Assembly (NCBI GenBank): GCA_025558095.1
Contig: JAIVFI010000036.1
Location: 310,001-374,000, forward strand
DNA length: 64,000 nt
Reading direction: 5' to 3'
Source of the DNA: Hyaloraphidium curvatum SAG 235-1
Taxonomy: Eukaryota > Fungi > Monoblepharomycota
Shown: piece by piece, positions 33,911 to 45,627 of the stretch
How the letters are laid out: every line of letters begins with the position of its first letter
How positions within the stretch are numbered: the first letter of the stretch is position 1
Position numbers and translations under genes: made by a program
The notes under the pieces: generated by a model
The model's input: only the letters and a program-made list of their open reading frames with translations
Databases searched by the model: none
Told to the model about the DNA's origin: nothing

Positions 33911-34996
33911 ATGGCCGGCTACGGGTCGTCGGCCAAGCACAACGAAGTGGTGGGCGGGGTGCGGCCCCCGGGGAGCGCCGCCTAACTGTGTGAGGCAGGT
34001 CACGGTGTACAACCACATCATCGACACGGTCGTCGCCAAGGTCGAGCCGCACTTCCGCGCGATGGGGCTCGAGAGCGACGTGATCGCCGAGTTCCGCGCG
34101 ACGTGGGAGCACAAGCTGGCGTCGGTCATCCAGGCCGGCGCGGCGGAGCCCGACGCGCCGCCCGCGCTGTCGCCGCAGTACGTGCAGCAGATCGCGCTGG
34201 CCGCATACCGCCCGGCGTACGCGCCGCAGCAGCCGGCAGCGGGCACGCAGCGCATGGCGCACGCCGTGCAGGCCGCCGCTCGCGCGCAGGTGCCGGCGCA
34301 GCTGCAGCAGCCGGGCCCCGGCCGCCCGCAGCAGCTGCAGCAGGCGTTCAGGGACTACGACGGCCCCGCCGGCGAGGAGGACGGGGCGGGCACCGGGGCA
34401 CCGGGGGGCAGGAGGGGGCGGCCGCGGCCGAAGCCGGAGATCTCCCTCGAGATCGAGTCCGAGATACCCCCCGAGACGGTGCGCGCCGTGCTCGAGCAGC
34501 AGTTCGCTCCGCGGCCGTCGGCATCGTCGGCGGCGCCGCGGCCGCGGGTCGGCGCCAACGACGGGCCGAAACCGTCGTCGGACGACGAGGAGGAGGACGA
34601 GGACGGGGCGGACGAGCCGGACCAGCGGGACGACGTGGGTCAACGAACGGGGAAGCCTCATCGCTCACTGATGTGATATCTTGTTGGCGTTGGCCAACAG
34701 GACAACCAGATCAACTCGGATCTCGACTCGGACGACGACTCGGACGAGGACCCCGACATTGAGCACGTCATCCTGTGCCAGTACGAGAAGGTAGTCCGCG
34801 TTTCCTTCCGTGCACGGCGCAGGGCTGACGCCGCACAGGTGCACCGGGTGCGGAATAAGTGGAAGTGCAACTTCAAGGACGGCATCGCGCACGTCAACGG
34901 GCGGGGTGAGTCGGCTTCCCCGGGAAAGCAGGGTGGCGCGCTGACCCGTTGGCAGACTTCCTCTTCCACAAGGGCACGGGCGAGTTCGAGTGGTGA
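33911..34996 (+). CDS. TOA1: Transcription factor IIA large (alpha/beta) subunit
   Basis: N-terminal [13 protein letters not shown]...G....WEHKL. Acidic region, then spliced HVILCQYEK|[22 protein letters not shown]|[13 protein letters not shown]-stop. Confidence 0.92.
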
Positions 34997-35230
34997 TCTT
35001 TCGCGGGCTAGACGGTAGACGGCTAGTGACGCCTAGTGACGGCAGCGACATTTCTGAACGGAGGCGAGCGCGCGGCGGCCCTGCTCGGACGTAGATATAC
35101 CCAGGTAGCGGTGCATCGGCATCAATTGTTCCGCACCAACACGACAAAATTCCATACGGCGCCAAGCGCGCATAAACCATGCCAGCAATTCGGGTCGCAG
35201 ACAATTCCAACTTTTCCCTTCCCAAGGGGT

Positions 35231-38200
35231 CTACCGCCACGGCTGCGGCTGCTGCGGCTGCGGCGGCTTCCTCGCCGAGCCCGAGGCCGACCCCGAGCTC
35301 GCCGGCGGCCGCTGTGTCCGTGCGGGGGATGCGCCGCTGGAGGAGGAAGGCTGCCGGTACGACGCCGGCGAGCCCGCGGCCGCGGTGCCGGCGTACGTGG
35401 CAGGGTACGACGGGGCGATGTTGGTCGTCCCCGCCGGCTGCACGGAAAGGTTCCCCGCGCGAGGTGTCGGCGCCTGCGCCGGGGTCCGGTTCTGCGGCGG
35501 CGCACCCGGCGGCTGCTGCTGCTGCGGGGCGTACGCCTGCGAAGCGGCGTAAACCTGCGAGTAGGTCGGCACCGCGCGGCCCTCCTCCAGGGCGCGGCCG
35601 GGTTGATTCGGCCGCGGGGCGGGGTAGCCGGGCGCGCGGGGCGGGGGCTGCGGCGCAGCCTGCTGCGCCGACGACGAGGAGGAGGAGGATCCCTGCAGAG
35701 CGACCGTCCGGACCGGCGGCACGGGCGCCGGGACCGACGCCGACGCGCCCGTGATGAACTCGTGCTGCAGCGCCTGCGCGGGCGTCATCCGCTTGGCCGG
35801 GTCCCAGTCCAGGCAGCGCTCGATGAAGTCGATGAAGACGGTGTCGGTGCACCGGAGGACGCCGGGCAGGGTCTTGGTCGACGGCCGCCGCTTCTTGCCC
35901 TTGGAGTTGGTGAAGACGCGCGGTGCGCCCGTCGAGTCTGCAATAGAATGAGCATCTGGCGAAACTGCCACGGCCGCCGGCACACGTACCAAAGAACAGC
36001 TTCCTCCGCGACCCTTTCTCCAGCAGGTCCTTGTCCGGCACTCCCTTGATCTCCATGATGCACGCCAGCTGCTCCTGCTCGTTCTCGCCCGGGAACAGTG
36101 GGTACCCCGTGTAGAGCTCGGCCAGGATGCAGCCCAAGCTCCACATGTCGATCGCCATGTTGTAGCTTATGCCTGTTGCGCAAAACGGGTGTGAGTCTCT
36201 GCCACAGGCATAGGCAGCGGGAAGGAACGTACCGAGAATGACCTCGGGGCTGCGGTAGAACCTGCTCTGCACGTAGGTGTACACCTTCTCGTCCTCGAAG
36301 CAGCTCGAGCCAAAGTCGATGACCTTGATGGCGTACCAGCTGTTGCCGACCCGCTGCTGCGCCGTCGCGCCGGTGGGGTTGGCCGAGGCCGCCGAATGGT
36401 TGCTGTCGGCGTAGGAAGGATGCGTGTGGGTGACCTCCTTGAGCAGGACGTTCTGGAAAACAGAAGCTGTCAGAAAACTTTGCCCGCGAGACCGAACGGC
36501 GATCCCACCTCGGGCTTGAGGTCACAGTGCACGATCCGCTTCCTCCCAAGCATGTCCAGGCACTGCAGGATCTGCTCCGAGAACCTCCTAATGACGTGGA
36601 TCCCGACCCCTTTGAACCCGCCCGCCTTGAGCCATTCGTACAGGTTCAGCCCCAGCAGCTCGAACGTAATGCACAGGTGCCCGCGGAAGTGGAAGTGTTC
36701 CAGCATGTGGATGATGTTGGCCGAGTTGCCCACGTCCTCGCGCTTGAGCGCGTCCAGCACGCGGCACTCGACCAGCCCCTGCTTCTCGAACCGCCGCTTG
36801 TTCCGGATGATCTTGACGGCAACCTCGCGGCCGTCCTTGTGGTCCCAGCACTTGACCACCTGCCCGAAGGAGCCCTTGCCCAGCAGGCCTGTGACCTCGT
36901 ACCGGTACGCCACGTGGTCGTTGAGCGTGAGGACATAGTCGCCCCGCGCGTCGTCGTAGCCGTGGTTGTACGTGCCGTCGGCGTCGGGCGGGTCGTTGGA
37001 GGCGGCTTCGGAGGAGGCGGGGTCGGGGCGGTTGATCTCGATGTTGGCCTGGGTGCGCTTGCGGCCCGAGCCGATCTTTTCCGCCGTCGCCGAGCCGAGG
37101 AAGTGCACGAGGGGGTAGTTGAGGATCTCGCTCCGTTCGTAGGGCGTGAGGAGGTGGGAGAGGTGCGATAGGACGGCTGTGGGACGAGATGGGACGAGTC
37201 GTCAGAAGGGCCAAGCAGCCCGACGACGGCACCCCAGACCCACCTTCAGGCGGCATCGGCCATTGCGCTCTTGCGCTTCTCGACCCCGCATCTCTCGCGA
37301 ACCCCTCCCGTCCATCCGAGTACAGGCTGAACTCGGCCTGCGCCGCCACGGGCAGCGCCGCCGACCCCACGCGCGGCGACGGCGCCGCCTGCACAAACTG
37401 CGGCGACGGCGCCGGCTGCGCGTACTGCGGCTGCTTCTGATAGTTTGCCTGCTGTGCGGCAAACTGCGCCGCCTGCTGCTGCGCCATGTACTGCCCGGCC
37501 TGCTGGGACTGCGTGGCGAGGTAGGCCTGCTGCTGCGACAGCTGCTGCTGCAGCGCCGCCGCGGCCTGCAGGTTGTAGCTGCTGTTGAGCGGGCTGACGT
37601 AGGTGGGCACGGTGACCTGCTGCGCGCCCGACTTGGCCTGCGGCGGCGGTTGCGCGGGCCCGGCCGCGCTCTCCATCGACCGCCGCGGGCCGGAGCCGCT
37701 GCCGAGGACGTTGGAGAGCTTGCTCCCCGTCGTGCTCGACGCCGACGCGATGTTGCTCGTGATGGACGAGCCGTACTGGCTCGCCCGCCGCATCGCGTTG
37801 GCGACGTAGCTCGTCAGCGCGCTCCCCTTGCTCCCGCCCTGGGCCTGCTGGTGCGGCGCGGCGCCCACCGCCGCGGCACCGGAGCTGGTCGGGTACCCGC
37901 CCACGGTCCCGGCGGCGCCGCGGGGCTGCTGCGGCGGCGCGTTGGGGTTCCGCTTGAGCTGCTGCTGCTGCGCACCCTGTGCCGGCTTGGCCTGGGATTG
38001 CTTGCCGGCCTGCACCGGCGCCGGCGCTTGGAACACCGCCATCTCGGGCGGCACGTGGCCGTCGGTGGACGACCGCGTGCTCGACCCGGAGCCCGAGGAC
38101 GGCGTCTTGTAGGCCGACTGGGCGAGCGCCTGCTGCTGCTGCTGGTGCGCCTGGTAGTAGGCCTGGTTGCCGAACTGCGGCGCCGCGATGAAGGTGATGC

Positions 38201-39039
38201 CCGATTTGTCCGAGGCGGAGACGGGGGAGGGGAACTCGGAGGGTACGCCCGCGGGGGGAGGGTCCGAGGCGTAGCGGGCGGTCGAGATGGGCTTGATGTC
38301 CACCGGGTTCGCGGGTTGCGAGCCGCGGTGCGGGCTGCCGCTACCGGCATAGTACTGCGCGTTGGCAGTCGAGGCGTGGGGGGTGGAGGAGGCGGAGGAT
38401 TTTCGGGCCAGGGAGGCGTGCTGGACCTGGGCGAGTCACACGAAGTTAGCGCCACCGCAAACTGGCCATCAACCGGCAATTCCTCACCTCGTAGCTGTGC
38501 GAGCGCGTTATAGTGGCGTGCTGCTGGGCTCCGTACTGTCCCCCGACGATGTGGGTCCCGAGGGAGAGGCGGTGCAGCGGGATGTCGGAAGAGTGCTGCC
38601 CCATGGGGGACGGCGTGTTGTACGACGCCGGCGAACCCCGCTGCTGCGGCACGGATGGCAGCGGCTTGTGCGAGGAGGAGTAGTCCTGCTGCTGGGCAGC
38701 CATCCGCCGCAGCGAATCCTTTGGCGAGCCCGACGCGCGGCCCGAGGTCGACAGGTGCGGCGAGGAGGCCGCGGCCGCGTACCGCTGCATGCCGGGCGGC
38801 ACGCCGGACGGGCCATAGTCCGCGAAGCCCGGCGGCGGGCCGAACAGCGTCGCGGTCGACGACTGCTGCGACGCGACCAGCGGCGGCGCGTCCGCGTAGC
38901 CCGCGCCGTACGCGGGCTCCTGCCGCGGTGCCTGCGGGTAGAAGCCGCCTCCGGTTCCGAGCCCGGGGGGCGGGTTGCCCATTGCCTGCGGCGGCCCGTA
39001 GTACGGGCGCTGCAGCGGCGCCTCTGCGACGGCCTGCAT
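35231..39039 (-). CDS. Class II DYRK (DYRK2/Pom1-like) kinase with long low-complexity N-terminus
   Basis: NAPA-like [19 protein letters not shown]-box [38 protein letters not shown] and [12 protein letters not shown]. Multiple introns, e.g. 38427-38487. Confidence 0.92.
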
Positions 39040-40082
39040 CGTCTAGGCCGCGGGCATGGCGCCCCGGAAAAGCGGGTGCGGCCGACGCGGTGTTGTGCCC
39101 TCCGTCTGCGGTCCCCCTAAGCGGCCTGCCTATGCGGCGTGCGCCCGCGGGGTGCGCGAAGGGCGCGCGCGCATGCGGTTCAGGGTCGCGGGCGCGGCGC
39201 ACGCGGTCGGCGGGGGCGCCCGTCCGGCGTCGCGGTGTCCCGCGGAAAATGCCCGCACGGCGATGCGGCCGGCGCGGGGCAGGGACCTGCAGCGGCGAGG
39301 GGGGGACGGTGCGGGTGGTGAGGAGGGGGTTTGGCGCTTTGCGGTTAGCGTATTCTCTGAAGAGTGATCGGAGTCCCCGAAAATCGCTAGCAGCCAACCG
39401 GGGCAGCGTCTTGGCCGCGAATCCGGAGACCGGCAGCACTCTCTCGAGCTCAATCTTGGGGCAATGACTTGTATCAGAGATGTCCGTCTTCGGATGGGGA
39501 ACCCCGGATGCGGGGTTGTCGATGCCGCCCATGGTCTCCCACGATTGACGGGAACCCAGCAGAGACCATTCAGTTCATCTCTTCTCGAGTTCGCAAAACA
39601 GTAAGGTAAACCGTTCGCGAAGCTCGCCAGCCCCGTCTGCGGACTTTCTTTCTGTTGTTGATCACGCCGAAGCGCGCACTGCGACGCGGGTGCACTAGCT
39701 GGCGCCGCGAAGATAACCACCGCATCGTTCAACTGCATTTCCAGCTTGCGAGGTGCGGTCATGTCGGTGTACCTGGCCGTCTTGGTCGCAGCGCATTGCG
39801 ATTCCTGCGCGCACGCATTTCGGACGTGGAGCCCTGGCCCGTCACCGCCGTGTTCCTGTCCGCGGCGCCGATTGTCTAAGGGCAGCGTTGCAAGCTCGAG
39901 CCAGCGCTCTAAACGCTCGGTAAAGCAGGTTCGCCGTGCAAAATGCGACCGGGCCCGTGTAGGCGAGAAGCCACAAATCTCAGTCAGTCAGCGGGAACCT
40001 GGCTCAGACACACTCTCGAACCTGAACGCGCCCCCGTCCCCCTGGATCCCGCTCGCTGCTGCTTCGCCAGACAGAGCGCGCG

Positions 40083-42259
40083 ATGTGCGACGCTACCGGG
40101 CGACCGGCGAGAGTCCTGCACGGGGCCGCGCGGCGCGTGGAGACGCGTTTCCGCAGCCCCTCGGCGTTCGCGAGCTTCCTGCCACTGTTCCTCGCCCTGT
40201 GGTGCGCAGGGGATGTCGAAAGGGCAGTGGCCCAAATGACCGCAACTGCGTCATCACCCTCAAGCACAACCACAACCAGATTCGTGCCGCCTACGTCAGT
40301 CGGGACGCCCGTCTACTACGCCGCCAATGGTGCGGGCCTGCAGTGCGGCGCCGCGGGCTGCCAGATGGTCAGCAGCGGCGGCGACCCGTACCAGCGGCTG
40401 TGCTACCCCTCGCTCTCGCCGGACTGCTCGCAAGTGCTCCTGCAAGGGCCCTCGGGGAGCTGCATTATGGTGCCGATTGGCTCGAGCTCCTTGAGCGTGG
40501 GCCGCTGCCCAAGGTCGGCGCCGTCACGCCTGTGGGAGAGGCAGCTCACGCCGGAGAACCTCCAGTTCCTCTTTGCGGCCGGCGGCGGGGCGACACGGCA
40601 ATCCAGAGCGCGCTCACCAACCTCTGCATGCTGCACCCGGCCGGAGCCGGAGCCGTGTCGCTGGGCTCGTGTGGTTCGTCCGCCAGCCAGTTCATGGCCC
40701 GCCAACATTCCCCTTACGACACTACGACGACGACAACGACTTACGACACTACGACGACGACAACGACATTTTCGACGACGACAACTTCGACTGTTCGTGC
40801 AGAGGCAGCAAATCTGCCGGCCAACGCCGAAGTGGACGAGCTCGAGCGAGCCGCTGAAGCTGCAGAGGCGGCGCGTCTACGTCAAGCTGCGGTGGCCGCG
40901 GAAGCCGAACGTCAGCGTCTGGAGGCTGCCGCCCTCGCAGCTGCAAAGGCAGAGCGCGAGCGACAGGAAGCTGCCGAGCTGGAACGCCGCCAGCGGGAAG
41001 CTGCGGAGGCCGAGCGACGGCGCCTGGAAGCGGCTGAAGTGGAGCGTCTGAGGGCGTGAGGCTGAGGCCGCAGCGATCGCCGCAGCAGCAGCAGCCCAAG
41101 TCAAGGCTGCTCTCGAGGCGGAGCAGGCTCGACAGGAGGCGGAGCGCCAGAGGGTTGAAGCTGAGCGGCGGATGGCGGAAGCGGCGAAGGCCACGGAACC
41201 CCCCGTTGGATCGACGCCAACCAACGAAGCATCCCGCGGCGCCAGCTCCGAAGGCACGGCAGTTGCCGAGGCGGCACGTTCGTCGTCCTCGGGCGCATCT
41301 GCACCAGGAAAGCCGGCCCTGAAGCGCGCGTTTACCGCGCAATGGGTCAAGTTGGACGAGATCTCGGTCGATCGCTCCAAGCCCCTGGGTTGTGGCGGCT
41401 TCGGCGAGGTCTACCGCGGCCGCTACATGGACATGGACGTCGCGATCAAGTATATGCTCGATTCGGATCAGAAGGCGCAGGCATCCTTCCGGCAGGAGAT
41501 CACTGTCTGGGCCGATCTGCCCACCAATGATCACGGTGGGTTCACTTGTCCAATCTGATACTCGCACGCTGATCATCCTCCATCAGTCGTCCCGCTGATT
41601 GGCTACCGCACCGACCCGACCTTCATGGTCACGCACCTCTACGCCGGCGGTAGCCTCGTCGCCTACCTCTCTTCCCTCGGCTGGCCCCGCGCCGAGTCCC
41701 TCCGCCTCCTCATCCACGTCGCCCGCGGTCTTGCCTTCCTCCACTCCAAGGGCATCCTGCACTGCGACGTCAAGGGCGAGAATGCGCTCGTGGACCTCGC
41801 CCCGTTGCCAAGATTGCCGAGTTTGGCCTCGCCAAGACGCGCACCTCGATTCTCAACACGGTCGGCAACAAGGCATACCAGTACAAGGGAATGCACGGGT
41901 ACACACTCGCGTTCGCGGCGCCCGAGATGTTCGACGGCGATCCGCCGCGAAAGCCCATGGACGTGTGGAGCTTCGCAATGATGTTCTATCAGGTACTCGC
42001 GAAGGGCAAGCAGCCGTACGGAGACCTGAGCGGGATTGCGGCGGTGGGTTTAGGACGCAATCGGAGCCGCAATGCTTGCTGACCCGTCCACTCGCAGATG
42101 ACCAAGGCGATCGTCATGGGCAAGCCGCCGACCAAGACCGCCGACATGGGGGACGACGTGTGGGCGATCCTGGAGCGCTGCTGGGCGCTGGATCCGGAAG
42201 CGAGGCCGACGATGGACCAAGTCGTCGAGGACCTGAGCAAGTTGGTGCCGGGCATGTGA
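40083..42259 (+). pseudogene. Disrupted paralog of the downstream receptor-like kinase: leader, ricin-B-like Cys domain, Thr-rich stalk, coiled coil, TKL kinase
   Basis: Apparent frameshifts near 40590 and 41054. A 13-nt deletion near 41798 relative to the paralog. DFG reads EFG (gagtttggc). No TM helix seen. Introns at 41536-41586 and 42044-42097. Confidence 0.75.
40713..40766 (+). repeat. Perfect 27 bp tandem duplication encoding (YDTTTTTTT)2
   Basis: cttacgacactacgacgacgacaacga twice, followed by a degenerate third unit. Confidence 0.9.
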
Positions 42260-42536
42260 TTGACGGGCCACGATGCGGTGATGGTGCGTCTCTCGTGGCC
42301 ACGGCTGTGAGGTGTGCCCAGCAGAAAGCATTCAACTTATGTAAGGGAGTAAGACTTTTGCATCGGCGTAAGAAGCAATGTTTGGCTGCCCATCGAAAGA
42401 AAGACTTTTCGCTTGAGTCAGTGACGCAACTCGTCCAGCCACGTCTGGGATCCAACGAGCCAAATCGAAACGCCACACGGGGGAACTGCGTGCGACAGAC
42501 AGTCTGCGTTCCGTTTTCTCGTCGCCGACACACAAG

Positions 42537-45195
42537 ATGTGCGAGACTATAACGCGTTCCCGCTCTAGTCCGTATCGCTGGGCCGGGGCCCTTCGCAAGA
42601 CTCTCCCTCGGGCCAAGTTCCTGCCCCTCTTCCTCGACGTCTGGTGCGCAACTGCGGCCAAAGGAGCGGTCGTGCAAATTGCTGCTGGGTGGCAGCACTC
42701 CCTGGCACTTCTGGACGACGGCACCGTCCGGGCATGGGGCGACAATTCCTACGGGCAACGCGACGTTCCCGCCGGACTCGCGAACGTGCGAAGCATTTCG
42801 ACCAAGGGGTCACACAACCTTGCGCTGCTGCAGGACGGAACAGTTCGAGCCTGGGGCATTAATGACTCGGGGCAGCTCAACGTACCAGCGGGACTTTCGA
42901 ATGTCAAGCAGGTTGCTGCGGGAGGGGAGCACTCCATTGCTTTGCTCAACGACGGAACGATCCGAGCCTGGGGTAGCGATTCCTGGGGCACGACTGCTCT
43001 GCCACCAGGTCTTGGCAAGGCAATTCACGTCGCTGCGGGATGGAGGCACTCTTTCGTTTTGCTCGAGGACGGAACTCCGCTCGCATGGGGCAGCAATGAC
43101 TCGGGACAGACCAACATCCCAGATGGCCTGATCGGCAGGGTCCGAGAGATTGTTGCAGGAAGCTCTCACGGCATTGCTGCCCTCCAGGATGGCAGCTTGC
43201 GAGCTTGGGGTTCAAACGCCCTGCAGCTGAACATCCCTCCACAGACGGCAGATCCTGTGATGCTGGACGCCTATAATCACAATCTCGCACTCCTTCGCAA
43301 TGGTACTGTCGCCGGATGGGGCGACAATGACTATGGACAAGCAACCGTGCCACCAATCTTCGGCGGAGTGCGGCTGGTTGCCTCAGGTGGAAGGCATTCG
43401 CTAGTTTTGCTTGAGAACGGCACGGTCCGAGGATGGGGATCAAATGAGAAGGGGCAGCTCAATATCCCAAGCGACCTGCAGAAGCCTGTGACTACGATGG
43501 CCGCTCCGCCCTCCCCAACTTCGTCGGCTGGAGAATCTTCAACCCCTATCGGCGCAATCGTAGGCGGTGTACTGGGCGGCGTTCTAGCTCTTGCTCTTGT
43601 TATTGGAGGACTTCTCTACTATCGACACAAGCGATCCACCTCGAATGCCAAGTTTGCATCGCAAGAGGATTTCAATTCTGCAAAGACGGGCGGCTACGGG
43701 GACGAGAAGAAGCCTGCTGGAGTGGATGAGCGAGAGGAAGCTGCCGATCTGGAACGTCGCCAGCGGGAAGCAGGGGAGACCGAGCAGGAACGGCGTGAGG
43801 CAGTCGAGGCCGCTGAAGCCGTACGAAGGCGACTTGAGGATTTCGCGGCTGCGGCAGCAGAAGAAGAAAGAAAGCGACAGCAAGTCCTGGAGATGGAACG
43901 TTGCCAGCGTGAAGCCGGAGTGGTGGAGCGTCGTCGTCATGAGGCGGCTGAAATGGAGCGCCTGAGGCGGGAGGTGGACGCTGCGGCTGCCGCCGCAGCA
44001 GCAGAAGCCCAAGCCAAGGCTGTTCGCGAGGCTGAGCGGGCTCGACAAGAAGCGGAGCGCCAGAGGGTTGAAGCTGAGCGGCGGATGGCCGCAGCCGGAG
44101 TAACCATGCCTGCGGACGGCACCATCGGCTGGACACCGTCCAACGAACCATCCCACGGAGCCAGGTCTATCGGCACGGCGGTCGCCAACGCGGCACCTTC
44201 CTCGTTATCTGGCGCATCTACGGCAGCATCGAAGCCATCCATACAGCGCGCTTTCACAGCTCAATGGGTCAAGCTGGACGAGCTCTCGGTCGATCGCTCC
44301 AAGCCGCTGGGCCGAGGCGGATTCGGCGAAGTGTTCCGCGGCCGTTACATGGACATGGACGTCGCTGTTAAGTTCATGCTTGACACGGACGAGAAGTCGC
44401 AGGCGTCTTTCCGGTCGGAGATCACCGTTTGGGCAGACCTGCCTCACAGCGACTATGGTGAGCAGTATCGCATTGTCGCCTTGTTCCGAACTGATGTAGC
44501 GACCAACAGTCGTCCCACTGATCGGCTACCGCACGGACCCGACATTCATGGTCACGCACCTCTACGCCGGCGGTAGCCTCGTCGCCTACCTCTCTTCACT
44601 CGGCTGGCCCCGCGCCGAGTCCCTCCGCCTCCTCATCCACGTCGCCCGCGGTCTTGCCTTCCTCCACTCCAAGGGCATCCTGCACTGCGACGTCAAGGGC
44701 GAGAATGCGCTCGTGGACCTCTCGGACCCCGAGCGCCCCGTCGCCAAGATCGCGGACTTTGGCCTGGCCAAGACCCGCACCTCGATTCTCAACACGGTCG
44801 GCAACAAGGCGTATCAGTACAAGGGCATGCACGGGTACACGCTGGCCTTCGCGGCGCCCGAGATGTTCGACGGCGATCCGCCGAGGAAGCCCGTGGACGT
44901 ATGGAGCTTTGCGATGATGCTCTATCAGGTACTCGCGAAGGGCAAACAGCCATACGGGGACCTGAGCGGGATTCCGGCGGTGGGTTTAGGACGCAATCGG
45001 AGCCGCAATGCTTGCTGACCCGTCCACTCGCAGATGACCAAGGCGATCGTCATGGGCAAGCCGCCGACCAGGACCGCCGACATGGGGGACGACGTGTGGG
45101 CGATCCTGGAGCGCTGCTGGGCGCTGGATCCGGAAGCGAGGCCGACGATGGACCAAGTCGTCGAGGACCTGAGCAAGTTGGTGCCGCGGGAGTGA
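42537..45195 (+). CDS. Receptor-like kinase: leader, ~7 RCC1/BLIP-II repeats, TM helix, coiled coil, non-RD TKL kinase
   Basis: Repeats AAGxxHSLALLxDGTVRAWGxNxxGQ. TM IGAIVGGVLGGVLALALVIGGLLYY followed by RHKR. Kinase GRGGFGEV, VAVK, HCDVKGEN, DFG, AAPE. Introns at 44458-44509 and 44980-45033. Confidence 0.9.
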
Positions 45196-45627
45196 TTCAT
45201 GGGAATGAAGTTGGCACGTCTTGTGGGAGAAAGATAGAGCATCATTCGTGTTCAGTTCGGTCACTGAAGCTACCGAAGCACTTGAATCGTCGCAACGTCC
45301 GTTTTTTTGGACTCCTTTTGGATTGGAGACGGGCGCGGAACGACCCTACGGCCCCGAATCAAACTCACCTGCATCGCCAGCCGACGCTGCTACGGCCTCG
45401 CACCACTATTGGATAATTCAATCAACCTCTCTATCATCGCGCGGTATGCATTGCTCGAGAGGTGATGGACGATGAGTTAACTCCTTCGGCTACGAGGATG
45501 GACCCGACCCGCATGGCACCACAACTGAAAGGCCAATCCAACGGCGTCCCTATTTAGCTCCTACAAGAGGCCTCTCTCCGTCTTTCTTTTCCAAATGCCG
45601 CGCCCCCGTCATCCCCGCACCGTCCGT

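Noticed and set aside
37146-39532. Very long alternative-frame and antisense ORFs (e.g. 37814-39532, 37146-38513; also 3182-4459, 5609-6835, 7133-8296)
   Set aside because: They are shadows of real genes caused by high GC and GC3 bias. The translations are Arg/Gly/Pro-rich and have no motifs.
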